Below are positions 24,727 to 35,674 of a DNA stretch of 64,000 nt, piece after piece. The stretch lies in NCBI GenBank assembly GCA_051362555.1, contig CM120643.1:9920001-9984000 (forward strand), read 5' to 3'. Made by a program: the position numbers and the translations under genes. The notes under the pieces are model-generated. The model saw nothing but the letters and a program-made list of their open reading frames with translations. It ran no database searches and was not told where the DNA came from. Each line of letters opens with the position of its first letter. Position 1 is the first letter of the stretch. The DNA is from Lingula anatina. Taxonomy: Eukaryota; Animalia; Brachiopoda.

Positions 24727-27700
24727 TTATTATTATTATTATTAATTTTTTTTTTTTTGGCTGTATGTCAGTCCTAAGAATCATTCTTGTAACTTAACAA
24801 AATACAGAAAATGTTACAAAGTAAGAGTACAGGGCTCCTGGCAGATGGGAGTGATAAGTCACAACTTGAAAATGCCAGTATAGCACTCTATAAACCTGCA
24901 TTGCCTCCAAAACAGAAAACAATCACACTGGTTTTCAAACACAAGCTGCGCACTTCTGTCTTATGAAACTTTTCACTAAGTTTCAGTATTGTAAGTAACA
25001 TGGTTTTCCCTTAATCGCTATCCTGGCAGCAGTGTCCAAAATAGGGTTTTCTTCAACTTTCATGCAATAAAACATAATACTTAACAGCATAATGACCATC
25101 AAATTTTTTATAAAAAAATAAAAGTATCATGAATATTCAGAAAATGTGAGTTGGGAAGGTCTTCAAGGCCATGGAAGTTCAGAGTCACACTTTCAAAATG
25201 CCAAAATGTAAACAAGAGATAACTGTACTGAAATGATTTTCTTTCCATTTTCAACACCTTTTTTAAAACAAAATGATCAACTAGGAAAATTGTTGACATA
25301 GGAAAAATATCAATAGAACAATTTTCAATGTCCAATTTGCTCCATTTGCAGATGCTGAACATAGTGAATGATTAAATCTGACAAACTGCAATGATGAGTT
25401 CCTTTCCATTTATGATACTTTATTACACAATGCACAATATTATAACAGGTTTACCGTCATTTTTATATAATCAACAAACAATATTGTTAAGAAGCAGAAA
25501 ATGTCAAAACAACACTTTTACATATCTTATTAGTTCCATAATGAGACTGTTAACATGCCTAAGAATTAAATCTGAAGAAATAACAATTATATACAAAAAT
25601 ACAGAAAATGCACAGCACTTCTGGTGGATGGGAGTATAAAATCACATCTTGAAGATGCTAGTGTTTGAAAAATAATTTTAAAAAAATTTTAAATAAAACG
25701 TAAAAAATTCCTATAAAGCTGCTATTCAAACTTTTAATCTAGCTGTATTAACTTGATATTAATAACCCCACCAAGTTTGAGAAAAATAAAGCACTGTTAT
25801 GCATCTATAGCATGTTGGCATAACACATTCTTTTTGTTGTAAATTATTTGCAATGTTAAACACCATTTATCTGCACAATTATCACCAAATCCTAATTTTG
25901 TGACACAGTTAAGAGAGCTAAACCTATGGGACTTTACAGGGAAATCTCAAGGAGTGTTTTATGTAATCTCATTTAATGGCCAATTGAAAATTAATGAGTA
26001 GGCAAGTGACTTTATAGACCTTAATTTAATTAGTGATCACCCAAGGGACAATTTTAAAGACTGCTATTTATACAGTACCGTCATATAGCACAAAGGTGTT
26101 GCATACATGCTGAAAAAAGTGAAAAAACAGCATTACTTCCCTAAAAATGACCCGATCATGCTGATTTTCAAACTTGACCTGCGTATTATGAATATTCATT
26201 AGTTCTGCAAGTTTCAAACCAAAAGGTTAAATGGTTTTCCACTTATCATGTTATCAGTGTTGCATATATGCTGAAAAAAGTGAAATACAGCATAACTTCC
26301 CTAAAAATGACCCAATCATACTGATTTTCAAACTTGACCTGCGTATTATGAATATTCATCAGTTCTGTAAGTTTGAAACCAAAAGGTAAAATGGTTTTCC
26401 ACTTATCGTGTTATCGGTGCTGCATATATGCTGAAAAAAGTGAAAAAACAGCATAACTTCCCTAAAAATGACCCGATCATGCTGATTTTCGAACTTGACT
26501 TGCGTATTATGAATATTCATTAGTTCTGCAAGTTTCAAGCCAAAAGGTAAAATGATTTTTCACTTATCATGTTTTCAGTGTTGCATATATGGTGAAAAAA
26601 GTGAAAAACAGCATAACTTCCCTAAAAATGACCCGATCATGCTGATTTTCAAACTTGACCTGCGTATTATGAATATTCATCAGTTTTGTAAGTTTCAAGG
26701 GAAAAGGTAAAATGGTTGTCCACTTATCGTGTTATCGGTGCTGCATATATGCTGAAACAAGACAGCACTGTTCTGTAATGGGTTTACTTCCATTTTTAAA
26801 ACACTTTTTTAACATAAAACAAAATAAACAGTTTTCTACCATTTGTATATGATCAACTAAGAAAATTGATGAGATGGGATAAATATCAATAGAACAGTGT
26901 TAAATGTCCAATTTCCTCCATTCTGAGATAATGAATATAGTAGATGATTGAATCTGACAAACTGCAATGATATTTGTTTATTTCCATTTTTGACACTTTA
27001 TAACATAATACACAATAACAAGTTTACCATCATTTTTACATAATCAACTAACAATGTTATTAAGATGCAGGAAATGTCAAACAAACACTTTTACGTATCT
27101 TATTAGTTCAATAATGAGACTGTTAACATGCCTAACAATTGAATCTGAGGAAATAAGAAAAAACAGCATAACTTCTAAAAGAATGGCCCGATTATGCTGA
27201 TTTTGGAACTCAACCTGCGTTTTAGTTAGTTTGACTACTCCTGTGAGTATAATGACAATTGGCCTATCTGTTTTTCTTATATTGTGTTATTAGCGTTGCA
27301 TATATGTTGAAAGAAGTGAAAAAACAGCATAACTTCCCTAAAAATGGCCCGATCATGCTGATTTTCGAACTTGACCTGCGTATTATGAATATTCATCAGT
27401 TCTGTAAGTTTCAAGCCAAAAGGTAAAATGGTTTTCCAATTATAGTGTTATCGGTGCTGCATATATGCTGAAAAAAGAGAAAAAATAGCCTAAATTCACT
27501 AAAAATGACCCGATCATGCTGATTTTCGAACTTGACCTGCGTATTATGAATATTCGTCAGTTCTGTAAGTTTCAAGCCAAAAGGTAAAATGGTTTTCCAC
27601 TTATTGTGTTATCGGTGCTGCATATATGCTGAAAAAAGTGAAAAAAAGCATAACTTCCCTAAAAATGACCCGATCATGCTGATTTTCGAACTTGACCTGC

Positions 27701-29834
27701 GTATTATGAATATTCATCAGTTCTGTAAGTTTCAAGCCAAAAGAAAAAACAGTATTCCACTTATCGTGTTATCGGTAAAAGTGCACGGCGACGGCGACGG
27801 CGACGACAGACGCAGGTGATGGCTATATGTACAGACACATCTGTGTCTGTACATAAAAAGTTAGTGTCAAGCCCTGGCTCATTTTGAAGCCAAATACAGG
27901 AATGAGACTGCCGTTTGGTGAAAAAGTCAGCAAATATTGGCTTGGGGTGCCTCAGACCCTCTAGGCCAATGAAATGTTTGGCTCCCAAAAAGTCCAAAAT
28001 CCGTCAATAGTCGGAAAAATCTCACCCCTGTAAATATACTTACAGAAGCATTATAGTCCATCTTGATGAGGTCATATTTTCCAGGGACTTTCTGGAATTT
28101 GTCTCTCATAGACCATTCGTTTTTGGTTTTGTCATGAAATCTGGAAAATAAGATACACAAAACACAACTATCAAAATAAGGCAAAGTACCACACACTACT
28201 AATTTTCATTTAGTTGCTGTCAACAAAGAAATTTTGCATTGTTCTCATTGTTGCCCATTCAAAAGATCAAGTCATTACCATAACTTATTACCAAAAGTAA
28301 AAATCAATGCTCACTTTGTGCAGAAGATGCTCTTTGCCTCCTCCAGGTCCGGTCCACACGGGAAGAGAGAGTTCTGTCCTTTCTTCCCGACGCGACCCCA
28401 GCGGAACCACACGCTGTACGACTTCTTCCCATCATCCTGCAGCAGCTGACACAGGTAATACTTGTTGTTGTTGTTTGAAAGGTTTGTCTGAAAAAAACAA
28501 GAGAAAATAAACAATGAATTGCTCACTCCAAATATTAAATTACATATGAGATGCAAGAAATTTCTTAGGTGTATAGATTGTTCCTCTTCAAAGGAGCATT
28601 GAGATTTGGGTGGGGTGGATATACTTTGGGTAAATACATTGTATCTCCAGTTCTATGCTAGATGTTTCATTTCATGTTCAGTTGTATAATTCGACTTGCA
28701 TAATACAATGACATGCACACACATGTAAAATACTGTAGATAAACGTAAAATCACAGAACAAAATTATGGGTGTGTGTATACAATGTTGGTGCAAGCATAC
28801 CTGTATAAAATGAGGCAGAGAGCTTTAATTTTTTTTCTTCCTAACTTGCTGACAAGAGCATTCCATAATCTGAGCAAAAATAGGCCTTCATCAGACTGAT
28901 GTGAGCAGATGATGTGACCACTAGGTGGTATAGCGACCAGAACCCTCTTATAAATTTTTGATGAAGATTAAAGTCCAGGATGGCCATAAGCCAACAGTGT
29001 GAAAGTTTTTTCGACTTGTGTTTGATAATTTTCATTTATGATCCATTGATCCCATAATTTGCCAAATAAACAGGTGCCACAACTACAACAGTTCCAGTGG
29101 ATCTTTGTTCTCACCTGGTTCAGCATACAGTCATAGACGTCATTACCCTCGTAGTACACATGAGCCTTGCCCACTTTCTGGATGCACTCTGGGTCCACTG
29201 GGGCCTTGCCTTTTAACAGGACCGTCTTTGCTGGAAAGGTGATATTTATAGGCATTTTAATACAGTCATTTCCAGTGCTTTATTTTATGTCTTTGGCGAA
29301 TTCATTACAATTATAATTTGATAAAAATATCCCGATCAAATATTTTTACAATATAGACATTTTTAACTTAAATTCTGATACCACCATGGTAAAATCCAAC
29401 ATCAAAAACATAGTCAATCATTAAATCTTTCATCATCTTTTATACAGATATAAAACTGTCTCTGAAATATCTCCTTTTAATGTTTTTTTTTTTTTTTTGA
29501 CAAAGAAGTTATTTACACATGGAAGGTTTTGCTGATGCTGCTTCCTTCTCTTGTTTAACTGCACTGTGCCCCGATCTCCCTTTTTTCCCAGCAGGTGTTG
29601 CATCCCCAGTCTCATCAACATTATTCTCTGCAGCTTTCCTCTTCCCAGAAGGCTTTGCAACAATGGCTGCTTTGACTGACGGTGGTGGTTCTGGTAATGC
29701 TGTAGCATCTGCAGTTCAAATAAATTCTTTATAGAACATTATATATTCAGGATCTGTGATACGATGAGAAGGACAATTTCAATCAAATATCTCCAAATAA
29801 ATTATTTGTTTGTTTGCTTCTTTCCTTTTTAACT

Positions 29835-29867
<33 letters not shown>

Positions 29868-32424
29868 GCACAGGATATCTCAAAGTAATATATACTTCAT
29901 CTGACAGCAAGCTTCTTCACTTCAAACACTTAGAATAAAGTTAACTTTTTCCTTTACAATTTCCACTTTTATCAATATCACTGTAACTTTAACCTCCTTG
30001 ATGTAACATGGAAGGTTTTGTTGATGCTGCTTCCTTCTCCTTCTGCTTCCCTGTAACTTTAACCTCCTTAACCACATGATGGAGAATAATATAGATTCGG
30101 AAATTGGAAAATGACAATATTTTGCAACTGGAGATCTATATTTAAAAAAAAAATACTGTTAATTTTTCAATTTTGAAACAAAAAATCAACTTTTATATTT
30201 TTGTTTTATAAAATTACACTCCAACATTTGCTGTTCAAGATTGTCAGCAATATCAAATATAGCTTTACCACAATTATTCGCTATAATCTTTATAATCATC
30301 AACTTTTCTAATTACACAAAACTAACTTACCTGAAATCTGTCTTGCAATCTTTCTGGAGTACCCTGTATCATCATTTTTCTGTTCCATCTTTTTTATATC
30401 CACTGTATATGATTTATTTGCTATTGTTAATGAAACAGTGTTGTCCTGACTATGGAATGATTTTTCGAGCTTGACACTGATGTCAACACCAAAGAAACTC
30501 CACTGGTTTTTATCATCTTTCCATTGCCATGTGTAGAAATCTGAAGAAGTCAAAGATTAATTGGTATGAAAAATCTAAGGAAAATAACTGAACAATGTGG
30601 TGTTTAACTAAAACTATAAAACCTGATGGAATCATTTGCACTATAAAACCTGATGAAAATTTAAAGAAAAACCTCATATTGATGATCATACAGACATTCA
30701 TCACAATACACTAAACGGAAATCTTTTAAATCTGATTTTATTTTCTGTAGTTCCTCCCTCAATTCTCAATATCAACAGCATCTTTTTGATACATTCAATA
30801 CAGTCACGAGTGAACGCAAATATAATCTGTACTACAGTATATTAGCTTCAGTGGGCATCAATACCCTTCTTTCCTTCTCCCTCCCCTCCAAAATCAATGA
30901 TGTCAGTGGTTTAAATGTTCTGACCCAGGGATAACCAAGTCAAATATCAACTTGAATCACAAAAAAACTTATAATTTTTACACTAAGAATAGAAATCCCA
31001 TTACTTCCTATTACCTGTCCCTTCTTTCTCCTGTACTGCACAGTGAATCCTCTTCTCCCATCCTGTCTTTTTGCTTTTCTGCGTCATTTTATCAAACAGC
31101 ACTGTCACTTCATCACCCTTTGCATCAACAAGTGCCACCTATTGTCAAAAAAATACATCAATTTGAAAGGTAAACAGTCAGACTTTGTTGATATTATGTT
31201 TCATAGGCCCCATTCAAAATGGGGAACTAACTAGTCCCAGGGTCAAATATGGCGACCCACAACAAAGCTTGTCATCTAATCCGCTAATAGACACCGAATA
31301 GATTCCCTGTGGGGAAGTATTCAAGTGGGTTGGCCATATTTGACCCTTGGAGTGGACTAGTAAGTCCCCTATTCTGAATGGCCCCTTAGATAAATAAAAG
31401 TAAATTATACTATTTTTGATACAAGGACATGATGTCCCCTCTCTCTAGGTAGGCGGTGAGATTGCTATTACTAAAATTTTTTAATTAAAAAGTGTGGTTC
31501 CTCTGGCCAGTTTATGAACTTCCCAAAAATCTCACTAATAAGAATTTGTCATTTTGTGATATATATGCTAATTCCAATTAAAAAAATATAACCAAATAAA
31601 TCAAATAATTAATAAAGTACCAATAGTTCTACGTCCACCAATATTAAAGAGGGCACAGAAACAGAATTTTTAATCATCTCAGTCCATTTTTAAAATTTTT
31701 AAAACACACACCTGTGTCTCCTTATTATTAAACCCCTCAGTAATCTCTCCTTGTTGACTGGCAGGGTATGACATCCATGTGTTCTTCCTGTCCTCAACCT
31801 CCCACTGGACAGTGACGCCATCTATCACAGATTCTGTCTTCACCCGCTTGGTACTGGGTTCAGCATCCCCTGGACTGGAGGCTAAGAATCAAGTACAAGT
31901 ATTTTAAAAGAGGTTTAAAAGTTTGGAAGATGTACAGTAGTTGAAAATGCAAAGGGGCATAAGATTAAAATGTTTTTCAACGTTTTTTTTTTTTTCTTTT
32001 GCCTAAGTGCATATTTTCGGATTTCATTTAACAGTGTGAGTGAGTGTGTGAGTGAATGTGTGTGTGTTGGGGGGGGGGGGGGGGAGGGGAGGAGGGGGTC
32101 CCTCTGCAGTGCACTACATACAATCCCGAGTCAGAAATTTCAATTAAAAAGGCTGGACTTGTAAACTGAATGTTACATTTAGGTTATGGTGCATTCTATT
32201 GACCTTATGATATTTCCACCAACCATGGGATGAGGGGGGGGGGGGGGTGATAACCTATCAGCAATAGGGGGGAAAGAAGCTGGTTTTTGACTAGTGTTTA
32301 CAATGGCACTGGCATTAGCAGGGTCAGTGTCTGGCTACCGCAAAAATTCAAAAAGAAAGTGTTGTAGTCTGATTTGATTTTTAAATAGATGAGTCTTACC
32401 TGCTTTTCTTCTTGATCCAGGCAT
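16475..32424 (-). CDS. PARP2: Poly(ADP-ribose) polymerase 2-like with two N-terminal WWE domains; 16 exons, 734 aa
   Basis: Exons 32424-32400, 31881-31712, 31138-31015, 30540-30331, 29708-29517, 29230-29115, 28487-28315, 28140-28044, 23559-23397, 22927-22789, 21227-21164, 18664-18533, 18305-18181, 17753-17654, 17182-16959 and 16625-16475 (sum 2205 nt). All are GT-AG and phase-consistent. Motifs: WFRWGRVG (WGR), [39 protein letters not shown]; stop TAG. Confidence 0.95.
16959..17182 (-). CDS. PARP2: PARP exon 15, catalytic Tyr motif
   Basis: [18 protein letters not shown]. Confidence 0.96.
17654..17753 (-). CDS. PARP2: PARP exon 14, catalytic His motif
   Basis: [32 protein letters not shown]. 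Confidence 0.96.
18181..18305 (-). CDS. PARP2: PARP exon 13
   Basis: [13 protein letters not shown]. Confidence 0.93.
18533..18664 (-). CDS. PARP2: PARP exon 12
   Basis: ALGDIEIA...[14 protein letters not shown]. Confidence 0.93.
19469..21150. mobile_element. 1.7-kb non-autonomous TIR DNA transposon (P/hAT-like) in PARP intron 11
   Basis: Perfect 13-bp TIR CAGTGTATGAAAT; flanks TTCTCAG/CTCTCAG; subterminal GGGC(T/A/G)GGTA repeats; CpG-rich; no transposase ORF. Confidence 0.85.
21164..21227 (-). CDS. PARP2: PARP exon 11
   Basis: [21 protein letters not shown]. Confidence 0.9.
21328..22571. mobile_element. 1.2-kb non-autonomous TIR DNA transposon in PARP intron 10
   Basis: TIR CAGTAAACTCGTTAG vs CAGTGCACTCGGTAG (12/15); flanks AAATC/AAATG; CpG-rich interior. 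Confidence 0.7.
22789..22927 (-). CDS. PARP2: PARP exon 10
   Basis: [14 protein letters not shown]...[10 protein letters not shown]. Confidence 0.93.
23397..23559 (-). CDS. PARP2: PARP exon 9, start of the regulatory (helical) domain
   Basis: [16 protein letters not shown]...YDAQKAPLG. Confidence 0.93.
24668..24743. repeat. (TA)n/(TTA)n compound microsatellite
   Basis: Direct reading. Confidence 0.95.
26097..26757. repeat. Tandem array of a ~160-bp unit, ~4 copies
   Basis: Unit starts at about 26097, 26258, 26418, 26579 and 26739. Confidence 0.95.
27160..27776. repeat. Second array of the same ~160-bp unit, ~4 copies (first one divergent)
   Basis: Same AAAATGACCCGATCATGCTGATTTTC.AACTTGACCTGCG core. 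Confidence 0.95.
28044..28140 (-). CDS. PARP2: PARP exon 8, WGR C-terminus
   Basis: FHDKTKNEW...VPGKYD. Confidence 0.93.
28315..28487 (-). CDS. PARP2: PARP exon 7, WGR domain
   Basis: [16 protein letters not shown]...WFRWGRVG. Confidence 0.95.
29115..29230 (-). CDS. PARP2: PARP exon 6 ([10 protein letters not shown]...VYDCMLNQ)
   Basis: PARP2-type motif preceding the WGR domain. Confidence 0.93.
29517..29708 (-). CDS. PARP2: PARP exon 5, basic low-complexity linker with NLS-like KRK/KKGR
   Basis: Open frame, phase 1/1 fits neighbours. Confidence 0.8.
30331..30540 (-). CDS. PARP2: PARP exon 4, WWE-2 ([10 protein letters not shown]...[23 protein letters not shown])
   Basis: Clear WWE consensus, AG/GT ends. 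Confidence 0.92.
31015..31138 (-). CDS. PARP2: PARP exon 3, WWE-1 C-half ([19 protein letters not shown])
   Basis: M-x-Q...TG..R-I WWE pattern, AG/GT ends. Confidence 0.85.
31712..31881 (-). CDS. PARP2: PARP exon 2, WWE-1 N-half ([16 protein letters not shown])
   Basis: Open frame, W..W WWE pattern, AG/GT ends. Confidence 0.85.
32400..32424 (-). CDS. PARP2: PARP exon 1 (MPGSRRKA)
   Basis: ATG, donor CAG|GTAAG, phase 1 fits exon 2. Confidence 0.75.
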
Positions 32425-32519
32425 AGTACGTTGTGAAGTGTGCCAGCTATAATTCGATGGCACTGTGTTTTTGTACTTATTATTATTATGGGTTATACGA
32501 TCAATATCTCTCAAGTCCA

Positions 32520-32625
32520 GACATGTGTATTTTCCCGCCGTTTTGATGACGTATTATTCAATACACGGAAATCCATGACGTCATTCGCAGGAAACCAAGA
32601 AAGTTGACCTTACACGCGGTAAGTT
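32520..32625. promoter_or_regulatory. Putative bidirectional promoter
   Basis: E2F site TTTCCCGC at 32531-32538, TGACGT at 32547, CGGAA at 32566, perfect CRE palindrome ATGACGTCAT at 32575-32584, local CpG enrichment. The PARP ATG lies about 100 bp to the left and a plus-strand donor CG|GTAAGT lies at 32619. Confidence 0.65.
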
Positions 32626-33901
32626 TTCGATTTTTTTTCTCGGATAAAATGAAACAGTACTAAATGACAAAGAAATGACATGCATTGTAGATATAGAGAG
32701 TATTTATGAATGGTTATAGAAGATAACTCTGAAGGTTATGTTGTACTTGGGGCCCAACAGAGCAGTCTAAATGTAGGATTTCTAGGTTCACGAGCTCAGC
32801 CTTGAGTTGATTCACCCTGAAGAACAAGGGATTGAACTTTAATTTCACTCTACCTTAGTGTCTGGTGTAAAAATTGAAATGTATATTATAGAAACAGCTC
32901 AATTATATACCCCAAATGTCTTTTTAGTTGTTGAAGGGTACATTGGTAAAATAAACGAATGTGAATTTATTTATACATATTTAGAATCACAAATCCCATC
33001 AAGTTAACTTCTTGTTTCAAGAAATTTCAATCTAGTTTGTAAATATACAACGGTGATATTAAGATTTTAGTAATAATAACTTTTTCTTATTTGTCTTTGC
33101 AATTTACTCTAGAAAAGTAATCAAAAGCCCTTTTATTCATTCTTGCCCTTGGGTGGTTTTCAGTGCTTTCGTGCTCTGTAGTTATGTCACACAAATGCCA
33201 GTAGATAACTATTACATTATTTCCAGAGAGGCTTTTAACAAATCAATACTTGATACAAAAGTCATATAACAAATGATATATTTTCCTGATTTTGAATTTT
33301 GCGCATGCAAAAATCTCTATAAATCACCAGTAAAAGATTTTTATTATTCTCTAAAACGTATCTGATTCAAATGTCAAAATAAAGGGCTTTTTGTAAACAT
33401 TTGTATGCTACTGCCAGCATAAAGTGTTGCATATTAAACCATATTCTGAACTGTACTAAAATAATTGAAGTATGTATCCTATTCAGTGATTCTTTCTGCT
33501 TGGATTCCTTCCTCATAATAATAGCAGTATAATATCCATAAATCAACTAAGCATAGTTTCATGGGCAGGAATATCAGATCATAGACTTCTACTGTATACC
33601 AAATTACACCATTATGAATAACACACTCATCTATTCCCTTGATCGAGTGGAAGCAATAAGGATAGAAAAAGAAATCCATTAATTGATTTAATGTAGCATA
33701 CAGACGCATCATGCTTACTACGCCATAAGAGCCGTCTGAAATCTTAATTGTTGCTAATATACCTAGAGCCGGGGCTAACGTTATACAATGGGAAATATTG
33801 ACTAGACTGATCTGAGTTATAGACTCCTATAAATTTCCAACTGAAGCATGAAAATAACACAAGCTAAGGCTGGATAGAGATTATTGGCCTGGATAGCCTC
33901 A

Positions 33902-33943
33902 TTCCCTGATGAAGATGCTCTGAGAGAGATCGAAATGCTGGAG
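33902..33943 (+). ncRNA. Degenerate Penelope-type minimal hammerhead ribozyme motif
   Basis: TTCC-CTGATGA-A-GAT(G)CTCT gag AGAGATC-GAAA-TGCT-GGAG. Confidence 0.5.
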
Positions 33944-35302
33944 ATAATATAAGCTGTCGATATTAGCCGTTGATTGAAGAAAAATGACTTTATTCTTAAC
34001 ACAAACTTAATGGTAAAGCTTGAGGAGTTATGCAATGCATATGCAGGAAAGCATGTTGACTGGACGCCAATGGTGTATTATTGATTTTGTTTTCTCCGTC
34101 TGCGTCCTCATAATGCATCAGGAGGACTGGTTCATTATTTAGAAGTCGATTCAGTTGGTTGAATAGTCTAGCCATGTGGTGGTGGTTTTCTGTTTTGTTT
34201 TGTTTTTTTTCCCCTCTCTTTTAACAAATTAATATAATAAAATTCGGCTTTAAATCAGAGATAATTTGATGGTTATGTGTTTGCTATATTTCCTTAGTTA
34301 CTTTTGGTTATGCACCCATAAAGTGAAATGTGAAGTAATGTAGAAATCCAACAATGTAAAAGACATAACACAAAAAATTGAATTAATTGATATATATATA
34401 TAGTTATCATTAGCCATTCAGGGAGCAGATATCAAGTGATTGCTTTTTTATGGTCAATTGCTAGAGCATATATAGATCTCATCTGGGTTTTATAGCTCTC
34501 CTGTGCTATTGACTCGGGACAACTGCAAAAACGGCTGTTTGTGTTGCATACCATACTTCATTTTAATGACAACAAACTGATCAATCATTGACAATTTCGT
34601 CCAATTATGTTGTTTGTCAACCTATAAAATGGTGACAACCCTGTTGTTTTTCTCTCATAACCACAACAAAAGGTTGTAGAATTCTGGAGCTGCATGCTCA
34701 TTCAGTCTGTTTCTCTGATGAAGTGAACCCTATATATATCAGACATGAGCTTTTTCTGCAGAAAAGCGGAATTCTGCATTTTTTATTTCATTTCTGATGG
34801 TTCCTGAGATTCGTCAAGGTTAGGTGTTAGGTCCCATGATAAATGTTCACCTTTTTTTTTTTTTAACCTAGGCTCATGTCTGATACATTGATGTTCTCTG
34901 CTATACCCCTTCCTGTGCTTGCTCTCAAACAAATGAAACCTGGGCAGAGCTGAGTTTTAGATTGGGTTCCCACACCCAGATTGATCTAACAGGATCGATC
35001 CATCTCCCAGGGGTTTTTCACTAAATTGCTTTCAGCTTATGCAGCTTAGATGTCTGGCATGTCACTGAAGCTGCTATACGATAATTAATTACCCTCTAGT
35101 GGCTTCAGTAGGCATGACACACATCTAAGCTGCTTAAGTTGATTGCAATTTAGCGAGAATCCCCCTGGAGATAGATTGATCCACAGTTACCAGTAGTACG
35201 GTCTTGGAATGATCCATTACTGATATAAATAGGGGGCACTAAGTTTACTTGGTTATAATAATTCATCAGCAGGTTTTAATACGAAATACGAATTTAGTCT
35301 TG

Positions 35303-35305
<3 letters not shown>

Positions 35306-35374
<69 letters not shown>
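35306..35374. repeat. (GT)n microsatellite
   Basis: Direct reading. Confidence 0.95.
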
Positions 35375-35377
<3 letters not shown>

Positions 35378-35674
35378 GTTGTATGCGGGTGGGAATGTAT
35401 GCATGCAAGTACTACATCATTTTGCCAATACATGCTGGATCTGTCTAAGGTGTTGTTGGCATTCATCTTTCATATAGCCAGACACGTAAGTTAATTGTGC
35501 ACCATGTCAATAATAAATTAAATAATCTTCAATTATTATTTTTAGTGTAATATAATCTCTTGTATTTAGTGAAGTGTATACGCTGCCTTGACTCTTTACT
35601 GGAGATTCATTGTATTTTTGTCATAATTTTTTTAGTTGTTTATAACAGGATTTTTTGTTTATCATTTCTTGTAG

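Larger units (their letters stand above)
24177..27857 (-). mobile_element. 3.7-kb non-autonomous Helentron-type (HINE/pearl-like) element
   Basis: Inserted in an A-run without TSD. One end has hairpin GGCAGC-AAA-GCTGTC (24181-24195) plus ATGTACAGACA (24198-24208). The other end has the 14-bp stem TATGTACAGACACA/TGTGTCTGTACATA (27826-27855) next to a (GACGGC)n microsatellite. Internal 160-bp arrays. Confidence 0.85.
24021..27876. mobile_element. CAGGGCT(C/T)GACA-TIR MITE split by a nested insertion
   Basis: Halves 24021-24176 and about 27856-27876 rejoin to match the reverse complement of the intact copy at 58736-58881; TSD GCTCA at 24016-24020 and 27877-27881. Confidence 0.88.

Noticed and set aside
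26300-27730. CTGATGA...GAAA on the minus strand of the 160-bp unit (possible hammerhead)
   Set aside because: Stems I and II cannot be formed and the cleavage-site geometry is wrong.
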